A model generated the notes under the pieces. The model made no database searches, was not told where the DNA came from, and saw nothing but the letters and a program-made list of their open reading frames with translations. A DNA stretch of 64,000 nucleotides, taken from NCBI RefSeq assembly GCF_022846255.1, contig NZ_AP025682.1; one strand, written 5' to 3'. The translations under genes and the position numbers were made by a program. This DNA is from Escherichia coli. GTDB lineage: Bacteria; Pseudomonadota; Gammaproteobacteria; Enterobacterales; Enterobacteriaceae. This document shows, piece after piece, positions 20,806 through 30,824 of this stretch; positions within the stretch are counted from its first letter, which is position 1; each line of letters starts with the position of its first letter.

Positions 20806-20834
20806 CCCCCTTTTAAAAGAGGGGGAGTTTTTAT
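20806..20834 (+). terminator. rho-independent terminator after the acid-sugar operon
   Basis: GC stem CCCCCTTTT/AAAAGAGGGGG followed by AGTTTTTATT. Confidence 0.6.
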
Positions 20835-20972
20835 TGTCATTGCTATACCATAGCTTGGAGAGGATTATTGGAATGGTAGAAGAGTCATTATGAGATAATA
20901 TTATTATCTGAGCTGGCCCCCTGAAATACCAGACAGTAGATGTATCTTAAAATAAGAGATAGGCTTGGATAT

Positions 20973-21368
20973 ATGTCTAACACTAGTTCTAATTTTGAGA
21001 TGGCTGGCGTTTTGTTAGGAAAAGAGGTGCGTAAACGTAAAACACCTCAGGAAAAAATCGCAATTATTCAACAGACTATGGAGCCGGGCATGATGGTGTC
21101 CCACGTGGCGCGTTTGCATGGAATTCAGCCCAGTCTGTTGTTTAAGTGGAAGAAACAATACCAGGAAGGAAGCCTCACTGCTGTGGCTGCCGGTGAAGAC
21201 GTTGTTCCTGCTTCTGAACTGACCGCTGCAATAAAGCAGATTAATCAGCTTCAGCGTTTACTGGGTAAGAAAACCATGGAAGTTGAGATCCTCAAAGAAG
21301 CGGTGGAGTATGCACAATCGCGAAAATGGATAGCGCATGTGCCCTTGTTACCTTCGGACAAGGAATAG
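20973..21368 (+). CDS. IS2-group transposase OrfA
   Basis: HTH OrfA homolog of IS2 InsC ([24 protein letters not shown]...). Confidence 0.75.
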   Translation: MSNTSSNFEMAGVLLGKEVRKRKTPQEKIAIIQQTMEPGMMVSHVARLHGIQPSLLFKWKKQYQEGSLTAVAAGEDVVPASELTAAIKQINQLQRLLGKKTMEVEILKEAVEYAQSRKWIAHVPLLPSDKE

Positions 21369-22207
21369 CCCCGGTAAGCCGTGTTCTGGGCGTGTCACGT
21401 GCGCAGTTAACATTACGGATGAAGGCATCTGATAACAAGCCAGATAAACGGCGCCAGAGGCGCGATGAGGCTGCGGATGCAGAAGTCTTATCGCGCATCC
21501 TGGATATCATTGGCGATATGCCAGCATACGGGTATCGCCGTGTCTGGGCGATACTCAGGCGGCAGTCCCGAAATGAAGGACTACCGTTCGTGAATGCAAA
21601 GCGTGTTTACCGGATAATGAGCGAAAATAGTCTGTTGTTGTTACATGACAAACCATCACGACGGCAGCGGGAACATAAAGGCCGAATATCGGTGAAGGAA
21701 AGCGACCAGCGTTGGTGTTCCGATGGCTTTGAGTTCGGTTGCGATGATGGCGAAAAACTGCGTGTTACGTTCGTCCTGGACTGTTGCGATCGTGAAGCCA
21801 TAGACTGGGTCGCAAGCACGGGAGGTTACGATAAAGCGACAGTGCAGGATGTGATGTTAGGAGCGATAGAAAAACGCTTTGGCGATAAAGTACCGGAACA
21901 GTCCATCCAGTGGCTGACAGATAACGGTTCAGCGTACAGAGCGCATGAAACACGGCAGTTCGCCAGAGAGCTGAATCTGAAGCCCTGCACAACAGCAATC
22001 AGTAGCCCTCAGAGTAATGGAATGGCAGAACGGTTCGTGAAAACGATGAAGGAAGACTACATCGCGTTCATGCCGAAACCGAATGTAAGAACGGCATTGC
22101 ATAACCTTGCAGTGGCGATCGAGCATTACAATGAAAACCATCCGCATAGTGCGTTGGGTTATCGCTCTCCGCGAGAATATCGACGTCAGCGGGTAATGTT
22201 AACTTAA
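21326..22207 (+). CDS. IS2-group transposase OrfB (DDE catalytic)
   Basis: 293-aa ORF homologous to IS2 InsD; overlaps orfA in the -1 frame. Confidence 0.75.
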   Translation: MDSACALVTFGQGIAPVSRVLGVSRAQLTLRMKASDNKPDKRRQRRDEAADAEVLSRILDIIGDMPAYGYRRVWAILRRQSRNEGLPFVNAKRVYRIMSENSLLLLHDKPSRRQREHKGRISVKESDQRWCSDGFEFGCDDGEKLRVTFVLDCCDREAIDWVASTGGYDKATVQDVMLGAIEKRFGDKVPEQSIQWLTDNGSAYRAHETRQFARELNLKPCTTAISSPQSNGMAERFVKTMKEDYIAFMPKPNVRTALHNLAVAIEHYNENHPHSALGYRSPREYRRQRVMLT

Positions 22208-22311
22208 GATACAACCCCTGTCTGGAAATAAGGGGGCAAGAACACCGTCTCAGATCTGTTTTCAATGAAAACAGATCATTCTGGAACTACTCGTCCCAGT
22301 TACTTGAAGCG

Positions 22312-23397
22312 ATGTCCATTCTTCGTCCGAACGAAAATCTTGCAGCAGCTCTCAGCGATGATTCAGAGTTCAGCAATAGCATGCAGTTCAGGTTAATCCT
22401 GGCAAAGACTGTTGATGCAGGAGCCCCGGTTCCAGCGGATCTGGCTCTGACGTGGGTGACAAACCATATTGAATACTCATTACGAACCCCCGCCCGCCGC
22501 TGTGCGAAAGAATTTGCTGCACTATTTAAACGGCGTTACACCCTTAAATACGGTGAAGGGATGGTAGTGAAGCCGAATAAAGCGCGTCTGCGTTTAGATT
22601 ACACGCCTGCAAGTCCCAGTTTGAGAGGTATTCGGCTTCCTGTTCCTGACTTGCCTGATCCAAGTGCATTGAAAGGCCCTGTTCAGAAGCTTATGACTCT
22701 TGCTGATATATGCACAGATGAACTGGATGCTTACAGTCGTTACCTTGGTAGAAAAGGCACTTCAGCAAATGATACCGCTGCAATTTTGTTGCTGCCTTCA
22801 GAAATCGTTAACGAAAGCGCAGATAAATTATTAAGTGCATTCAAACGCTGGGCTGATGACGCGATCCTCAGTAAGGGGGGAGTAGTTTCAGTTGCTGACT
22901 TCTGGTCACACATGAATGCTACCTGTCCGGCAAAGATCAACAAAAAAGAGGCCGACTTGATGCAGGCCTTTGCACAGAAAATGGGGTACTGCCTGGCTCC
23001 TGACCCCTATTACCACCACGTAAAAGCAAATGTCGATGGTGTTCTTGTTTTATTCCCTGCTGGTGAAAGTGGCCGCTTCTCTCCTTCTCCTGAATTTATC
23101 ACAGCTGTATTGACGCTCCGATTAGGTTCGGTAGTCGCCTTGATTGACAATTCTTTCGATCAAGCCGAACAGAAAGTGCTTGAGAATGCCATCAACAACA
23201 ATGTCAGCTTCAGCGATGATGAAAAGCGCTCTCTGCACGCATATTTAACGTGGCAGCTTCATACCCCGGCGAATATGACGGGAATGAAAAGCCGGATTGA
23301 ATTACTCGGTGCAGCGGAAAAATCAGCTGTGGGTAAGGTTATCGTTAGTGTCGCTTGCTCTGACGGCAGAATTACGCCTGCCGAAATCAAACTGTAG
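22312..23397 (+). pseudogene. TerB-domain protein gene remnant, 3'-truncated by the IS911-like element
   Basis: 361-aa ORF; C-terminal TerB-like repeats (VALIDNSFDQAEQKVL; VSVACSDGRITPAEI); TAG stop 23395-23397 overlaps the IS left end; frame stays open upstream into the preceding IS, so the 5' end may also be lost. Confidence 0.5.
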
Positions 23398-23464
23398 TGG
23401 CACACTGAATTTGGCCACCTGAACAGAGGTGATATGCTCACCTCAGAACAACACAGGTGCTCCA

Positions 23465-24633
<1,169 letters not shown>

Positions 24634-25056
24634 CCACTACAAATATCATTATATTGGAATAATTATAAAACTGAACAAAATGGTCAATGTAATCTGGTTA
24701 ATTTATAAATATTTACATTGCGTGATGATATTTAATTCCAGTGTTAAGTAATGTCACATGCCTATTATTGGTTACTACTTTGTAGGTGTTTTGGTTCGGC
24801 GTTAATATCATTGGTCATAATCACCTGTGAAAGTTTATTCTTGAAATGTTATAGGTATATTACTTGCAATTAAAAATGAGAAATTTATTATTATTGTGTT
24901 TTGCAAATATAATAATTAAAAATTTATTATAAATTATGATTAGAACTGACAATATAAAAGAATAATAAAACTCAATATGAAAATAATTATCATCTGGTAT
25001 GATACTTTTGCTGTTGATTACAGGAATAAAGTGTCAGAATAATATTGTTATTGGGT

Positions 25057-25084
25057 AAAAAAAGCCTCCACTATATGTGGAGGC
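25057..25084 (-). terminator. hairpin GCCTCCAC-TATAT-GTGGAGGC with flanking A/T run (terminator-like, minus strand)
   Basis: Perfect 8-bp stem, 5-nt loop; AAAAAAA on plus strand gives a U-run after the stem on the minus strand; ~700 bp downstream of int. Confidence 0.45.
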
Positions 25085-25758
25085 AAACCCTTAGATAGTT
25101 CTATTGAGGCAAGTATGTTATAAATCTGCCTTATCTTTTATAGCATATAAAGATATGTATGCTATATTGTTTTTTGAAGAAATTTTTCCAGAAATTACAG
25201 TAATACAAGAAATATTAACCGGTGTGATTTTTGGATGTTTAATAAGTACAGTGTAGTGTACTTATATTTTTGTAATAAAGATGAACGCGTCCTTTAGATA
25301 AACTGAAAAATATTAAGCATGTCTCATGTGGTTTTCTGAATCAAAACTCTTTTCAGTCTTTGGTTTTTTGTTAAAAACAGGTTTATTGCAAGGGTGTTGT
25401 TGTGAAATGTGTTTTGGTGTCGTTGTGATTTTATGGTGATAATGTGAATTTTTATCCTTTCAAGATGGCTCCCTGGACGTTAAATACAGTGGAAATTTAT
25501 ATTAAGATATAAATATAACTATTGCGTTATTTAAATTATTGTCTATTACAGCTCCAGTTAATAGAGCCTGAAGTAATTTCTTAGTATTTCATCATAAGCG
25601 TTTATCTATCGTCTCTTTCTAAATTAACCGGTCGTATTACAAGGTGCTGAATCTGATTAAGGAATGATACTTAGGGGATTATGGCTGACTTAATAATTAG
25701 ATAACTGATAAATGACTATCAGGGGGATATCGTTAAGTCAGCCTTTAAAATCAAGCGA

Positions 25759-26949
25759 TTATATAGCTGGTGACTCTTTTCGAAGAGCATCAAGGTAGTC
25801 AGCGTACCATTGCATCATTTCTCGTCTTCCTTCAAGGTAACGAGCATGGTTGTATGTACCACGAATGCTGTTTTTGTCCGTATGTGCAAGTTGCATTTCA
25901 ATCCATGCACTATTGAATCCTTGCTCGTGTAGAACAGTACTCATTGTATGACGAAATCCATGCCCGGTAGCTTTTTTGTCATAGCCAATCTTCTTCAAAA
26001 CCATATTGACGCTTGCATCGCTGATAGGCCTGTTAACATCATTTCTTCCGGCAAAGATGTATCTGTATCTTCCAGTCAGTTCTTTGAGGATTTGCAGAGA
26101 CTGGATTGCCTGATCTGACAGAGGGACGATATGCTCCTTCCTCATTTTCATCCGGGTCGGAGGAACTTCCCATATCTTTTGGGTAAAATCGATCTCACAC
26201 CATTCCCCCATACGTAATTCTACTGTTCTCAGCCCTGTGAGCATCAACAATTTTGTAGCTTCACGGGTTACAATACTGCCGGTGTAGTTTTCGAGTTTGT
26301 ATAAAAACTCTGGTAGTTCAGGAGGAAGCAGGAAAGGGTAATGTGTTCGCTTATAGCTTTTCATTGCTATAACCAGATCAGAAGCTGGATTGTATCGTGC
26401 CCGACCTGTAACAATGGCATACCGAAACACTTCACCACATCGTTGGCGAACTTTATTAGCTAGCTCGCAGGCTCCTCGGCTTTCGATACGCTGAAGAACT
26501 GCGAGAAGTTCAAGAGGTTCGATTTCACTAATGGGTCTGTTTCCAATGTAGGGAAACACATTATTTTTGAATGCTCTGTCGACATAATCAGCGTAGCTGG
26601 CAGACCAGCCTGAAACTTTTGCGTTGTACCACTCGGTGGCGATTGCGGCAAAAGTTCTTCCTTCGGAAAGGTTTTTCTCAAGATTTTCAGCTTTCTTGAC
26701 TTCACCGGGATCTTTACCATCGGCATGTATTTTCTTGGCTTCATCCCGACGTTTGCGAGCTTCAGCCAATGTAATAGTTGGATAGGTGCCAAATGATAGT
26801 TTCTTTTCCTTCCCCGCATAGTGGTACTTCATTCGCCAGTACTTTGAGCCGTTAGGATTGACCTGAAGGTAGAGCCCACCACCATCGGCAATCTTATAAA
26901 TTTTATCTTTGGGTTTGGCTGTTTCAACTTGTCGAGCTGTCAGTGGCAT
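25759..26949 (-). CDS. int: P4-type tyrosine integrase (internal copy)
   Basis: ORF 25759-26976; likely start ATG 26949 (MPLTARQVETAKPKDK...) with SD GAGG; P4-family N-terminal pattern and C-terminal catalytic R...HxxR...Y region. Confidence 0.85.
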   Translation of the reverse strand: MPLTARQVETAKPKDKIYKIADGGGLYLQVNPNGSKYWRMKYHYAGKEKKLSFGTYPTITLAEARKRRDEAKKIHADGKDPGEVKKAENLEKNLSEGRTFAAIATEWYNAKVSGWSASYADYVDRAFKNNVFPYIGNRPISEIEPLELLAVLQRIESRGACELANKVRQRCGEVFRYAIVTGRARYNPASDLVIAMKSYKRTHYPFLLPPELPEFLYKLENYTGSIVTREATKLLMLTGLRTVELRMGEWCEIDFTQKIWEVPPTRMKMRKEHIVPLSDQAIQSLQILKELTGRYRYIFAGRNDVNRPISDASVNMVLKKIGYDKKATGHGFRHTMSTVLHEQGFNSAWIEMQLAHTDKNSIRGTYNHARYLEGRREMMQWYADYLDALRKESPAI

Positions 26950-27076
26950 CTGGGGGCCTCGCAATAGATTGACCAAGATGTGCCCCTAAATAGGCCCCCA
27001 AATGTGACTTGATTTACGTTCCCCTGAGGAGAATTAAGGCGACTATTTGAGTAACATAAGTAAGGGTATGTGCTGA

Positions 27077-27640
27077 TTATAAAGGCTTTTTGTGGGGTAT
27101 GGTAGATTTCAGGAGAGGTGTGCATGGTGTCCCCTGCAGAATGATGTAAACACCTGCTGCGAAGGTAATAGATTGCATGATGGAGAACATGAACCAGTTT
27201 TTACCACCACTAAGCTCTTTCACCACATCTGCACGCGCAAACAGGCACGTCACCAGGAAAATTATGCTCATGGTAAAAGAGATAGCAACCGGCGTGTCGC
27301 GCAAGAACAGCAGACTTTTCGGCACATTCATGTCTTCAGTCGAGTGGTCTTTATTACCAAACTTGCTGCCGATGAAACCGGCCAATACATAATATAATGT
27401 TGAGAAGTGGCCGATGGCAACGTCATCAGAACCGGTCACTTTCTTCATGTACGGATGCGCAATAGCCGGGAAAAAGACCATTGCCACGCCAACAACCAAA
27501 GAGCCAACGGCTATAAGCGTAATGCCGGTCATGCCTGCTGTTGCCAGAATTACCGCTACCATCATCGACATAAACAACGTGTGATGACCGGTCAGGAAGA
27601 TAAATTTCCACGGTGTGAAACGGGCAATCAGAATGTTGAT
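27077..27640 (-). pseudogene. PTS EIIC internal fragment (ascorbate/galactitol-superfamily permease; possibly sgc-derived)
   Basis: Membrane ORF fragment resembling the UlaA/SgaT-type EIIC core; no native N- or C-terminus; abuts the rpe-like fragment in opposite orientation. Confidence 0.5.
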
Positions 27641-27642
27641 AA

Positions 27643-28014
27643 CCATCAGAACCGCTGGACTATCCCTCGGAAACGTTAGCTGAGATCCGCCATACCGGCG
27701 CACGAGCCGGGCTGGCATTTAATCCGGCGACCCCAATCGACGCCTGGCAATATCTAGCGTCTGAGCTGGACGGCGTGATGGTGATGACCTGTGAGCCCGA
27801 TGGGCACGGACAGCGGTTTATTCCCTCTATGTGCGAGAAAATCCAAAAAGTACGCACGGCTTTTCCTCAGACCGAGTGCTGGGCCGACGGTGGAATTACG
27901 CTGGCGGCAGCACAGCAACTGGCTGCAGCCGGGGGGCAGCATATGGTGATTGGGCGCGTCTTGTTCTTTTCATCTGACTATCGCGCGACCTTAGCTCAAT
28001 TCGCCACCCTGTAA
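27643..28014 (+). pseudogene. ribulose-phosphate 3-epimerase-like (sgcE-type) 3' fragment
   Basis: In-frame translation ...AGLAFNPATP...PDGHGQRFIPSMCEKIQKVR...ADGGITLAAAQQLAAAGG... matches the C-terminal ~120 aa of Rpe-family proteins; N-terminal two-thirds absent. Confidence 0.7.
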
Positions 28015-28030
28015 GAGGAGATTGTTTCTG

Positions 28031-28813
28031 ATGAGCCAACAGAGACCTGACCGTATCAAACAGATGCTGCACTACCTGTGGCAACATCGTCACCTCTCCA
28101 CACAGCAGGCCATGGAGCTTTTTGGCTATGCGGAGGCGACTGTCCGTCGTGATTTTCAGTATATTGCCAACCAGTACCCAGGAATGATCCGCGGTCACGG
28201 TTGTCTCGACTTCGACGACAGTACTGACGACAAAGAGTACGTTTTCGATGTGAAACGTACATTGCAATCTGTGGCGAAGAGAGAAATAGCCGCCCTTGCC
28301 CGAACGATGATCAAAGATGGCGACTGCTTTTTTCTCGACTCCGGCTCAACCTGCCTCGAACTGGCGAAATGCCTGGCCGATGCACGGGTGAAGGTCTCCT
28401 GCAACGACATTAAAATCGCCAATGAGCTGGGCTGTTTTCCCCATGTGGAAAGCTATATTATCGGTGGACTGATTCGCCCGGGTTATTTTTCGGTAGGAGA
28501 GAGTCTGGCGCTGGAGATGATCAATGCCTTTTCCGTAGAACGTGCGTTTATCTCCTGCGATGCGCTGTCGCTGGAGACGGGGATCACCAATGCCACCATG
28601 TTTGAGGTCCGGGTGAAAACACGGATTATTCAACGCTCGCGTGAAGTTATTCTCATGGCCGAACACTCAAAATTTGATGCCGTTGAGCCGCATGCTGTAG
28701 CAACACTCTCATGTATTAAAACGATCATTAGTGACAGCGGGTTACCTGAGACTATTGCACAGCGTTATCAGCGAGCCGGATGTCAGTTGTTTTTACCTCA
28801 TTCAATAAAGTGA
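28031..28813 (+). CDS. sgcR: DeoR-family transcriptional regulator SgcR-like
   Basis: ORF with SD AAGAGGAG 10 nt upstream of ATG 28031; DeoR-type HTH and sugar-phosphate-binding C-terminal domain; resembles K-12 SgcR as recalled. Confidence 0.8.
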   Translation: MSQQRPDRIKQMLHYLWQHRHLSTQQAMELFGYAEATVRRDFQYIANQYPGMIRGHGCLDFDDSTDDKEYVFDVKRTLQSVAKREIAALARTMIKDGDCFFLDSGSTCLELAKCLADARVKVSCNDIKIANELGCFPHVESYIIGGLIRPGYFSVGESLALEMINAFSVERAFISCDALSLETGITNATMFEVRVKTRIIQRSREVILMAEHSKFDAVEPHAVATLSCIKTIISDSGLPETIAQRYQRAGCQLFLPHSIK

Positions 28814-29115
28814 TAGGTAAGTTCGTTCGAGAGGGATTTCAAGCAAAAACAATCAATGGCACCCAATAGAAAATATTGGCGATGCGCTCGAACGAATAAA
28901 GAAGCCCTATGCGCAATCCACACGCTACGATGTTGCAACAACACTCCATCTACTTTTTATTCTCATTCACTAAATGTGGCTGTTCTGGATTCATTATTCA
29001 AAGTGTGTACAAGATCACATTTAATCACTTCATTACGGTTCAGCATGCTGAACAAAGCATATTTTCCACTATGTAATGCCGATACCATTTATTCCATGAG
29101 CAAGGAGGAGCCATT

Positions 29116-29904
29116 ATGGTTCGCAAAGGGTGTAATTCATTAGTCCGTGCTGAAAAAATATTAACCCACATTGCATGGGTTGGTATGGCAAGTTATATGG
29201 AGTTATTAAATAAATTTCAGTACCCAAAAAGCAGCCTGCTTAATTTATTGAATGTAATGGTGGAGTGTGGTTTCTTAATTAAAAACAAAAACGGCTACTA
29301 TTCACTGGGAATAAAAAACTACGAATTGGGTTGTCAGGCGTTACACCGCCAAAATATATTTGAGGTGACTAAGCGGCCAATGCAGGAGTTGTCGCTGAAA
29401 AGTGGACTGGTTTGTCATCTTGGGGCGATGGAGAGCATTTCGGCTATTTATCTCGACAAGATCGAAAGTCCGGACTCTGTACCGACGAGCAAAAGCTGGA
29501 TTGGCAAAAAACTTGAGTTGCATATTACCGCGTTGGGTAAGGCATTATTAGCCTGGAAGACACGAGAAGAATTAGATTATTTTTTAGAAGCACTCACGTT
29601 AACTCCGCATACGCGCAATACATTTACCGATAAAAAATCATTTCTGGAAGAATTACAAAAAACACGCCTTCGGGGATGGGCCATAGACAACGAAGAATCA
29701 ACCTATGGTGCGGTATGTTTAAGTATGCCGGTATTCAATATGTATAACAGAGTTAACTATGCAATCTCACTTTCTGGCGATCCGGTAATTTATTCAGGAA
29801 ATAAGATAGACAGCTATCTGGAGTTGCTCCGGAAATGCACAGGGCAAATATCATATGGGCTGGGATACAGAAACGAAAATGAGCATTTACGAAAAGGAAA
29901 CTGA
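29116..29904 (+). CDS. yjhI: IclR-family regulator (YjhI-like)
   Basis: 262-aa ORF; paralogous to the IclR at 11946-12707; stop overlaps SD of the next gene. Confidence 0.8.
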   Translation: MVRKGCNSLVRAEKILTHIAWVGMASYMELLNKFQYPKSSLLNLLNVMVECGFLIKNKNGYYSLGIKNYELGCQALHRQNIFEVTKRPMQELSLKSGLVCHLGAMESISAIYLDKIESPDSVPTSKSWIGKKLELHITALGKALLAWKTREELDYFLEALTLTPHTRNTFTDKKSFLEELQKTRLRGWAIDNEESTYGAVCLSMPVFNMYNRVNYAISLSGDPVIYSGNKIDSYLELLRKCTGQISYGLGYRNENEHLRKGN

Positions 29905-29908
29905 GGTA

Positions 29909-30814
29909 ATGAAAAAATTCAGCGGCATTATTCCACCGGTATCCAGCACGTTTCATCGTGACGGAACCCTTGATAAAAAGGCAATGCGCGAAGTTGCCGA
30001 CTTCCTGATTAATAAAGGGGTTGACGGGCTGTTTTATCTGGGTACCGGTGGTGAATTTAGCCAAATGAATACAGCCCAGCGCATGGCGCTCGCCGAAGAA
30101 GCTGTAACCATTGTCGACGGGCGAGTGCCGGTATTGATTGGCATCGGTTCCCCTTCCACTGACGAAGCGGTCAAACTGGCGCAGCATGCGCAAGCCTGCG
30201 GCGCTGATGGTATCGTCGCCATCAACCCCTACTACTGGAAAGTCGCCCCACGAAATCTTGACGACTATTACCAGCAGATCGCCCGTAGTGTCACCCTACC
30301 GGTGATCCTGTACAACTTTCCGGATCTGACGGGTCAGGACTTAACCCCGGAAATCGTGACGCGTCTGGCTCTGCAAAACGAGAATATCGTTGGCATCAAA
30401 GACACCATCGACAGCGTTGGTCACTTGCGTACGATGATCAACACAGTTAAGTCAGTACGCCCGTCGTTTTCGGTATTCTGCGGTTACGATGATCATTTGC
30501 TGAATACGATGCTGCTGGGCGGCGACGGTGCGATAACCGCCAGCGCTAATTTTGCTCCGGAACTCTCCGTCGGCATCTACCGCGCCTGGCGTGAAGGCGA
30601 TCTGGCGACTGCCGCGACGCTGAATAAAAAACTACTACAACTGCCCGCTATTTACGCCCTCGAAACACCGTTTGTCTCACTGATCAAATACAGCATGCAG
30701 TGTGTCGGGCTGCCTGTAGAGACATATTGCTTACCACCGATTCTTGAAGTTTCAGAAGAAGCCAAAGAAAAAGTCCGCGCACTGCTGTCCGCGCAAGGTA
30801 TTTTATCGGACTGA
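29909..30814 (+). CDS. yjhH: DapA-family 2-keto-3-deoxy-pentonate (xylonate-pathway) aldolase YjhH-like
   Basis: Start ATG 29909 (MKKFSGIIPPV...) with SD GAGG; GTGGEFSQ, NFPDLTGQD, GIKDT motifs. Confidence 0.85.
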   Translation: MKKFSGIIPPVSSTFHRDGTLDKKAMREVADFLINKGVDGLFYLGTGGEFSQMNTAQRMALAEEAVTIVDGRVPVLIGIGSPSTDEAVKLAQHAQACGADGIVAINPYYWKVAPRNLDDYYQQIARSVTLPVILYNFPDLTGQDLTPEIVTRLALQNENIVGIKDTIDSVGHLRTMINTVKSVRPSFSVFCGYDDHLLNTMLLGGDGAITASANFAPELSVGIYRAWREGDLATAATLNKKLLQLPAIYALETPFVSLIKYSMQCVGLPVETYCLPPILEVSEEAKEKVRALLSAQGILSD

Positions 30815-30824
30815 GGAGAGGATC

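Larger units (their letters stand above)
20909..22244 (+). mobile_element. IS2-group element (IS3 family), distinct from IS2
   Basis: Ends (TGAGCTGGCCCCCTGAAATACCAGACAG ... CTGTCTGGAAATAAGGGGGCAAGAACA) resemble IS2 IRs; OrfA/OrfB ~55% identical to IS2 InsC/InsD; overlapping frames for -1 frameshift; no matching flanking duplication. Confidence 0.8.

Noticed and set aside
26977-27076. tRNA-Phe 3'-end direct repeat expected next to the internal integrase
   Set aside because: No copy of TGGTGCCCGGACTCGGAATCGA or its complement was seen by eye in this interval; the internal integrase is not called an att junction.
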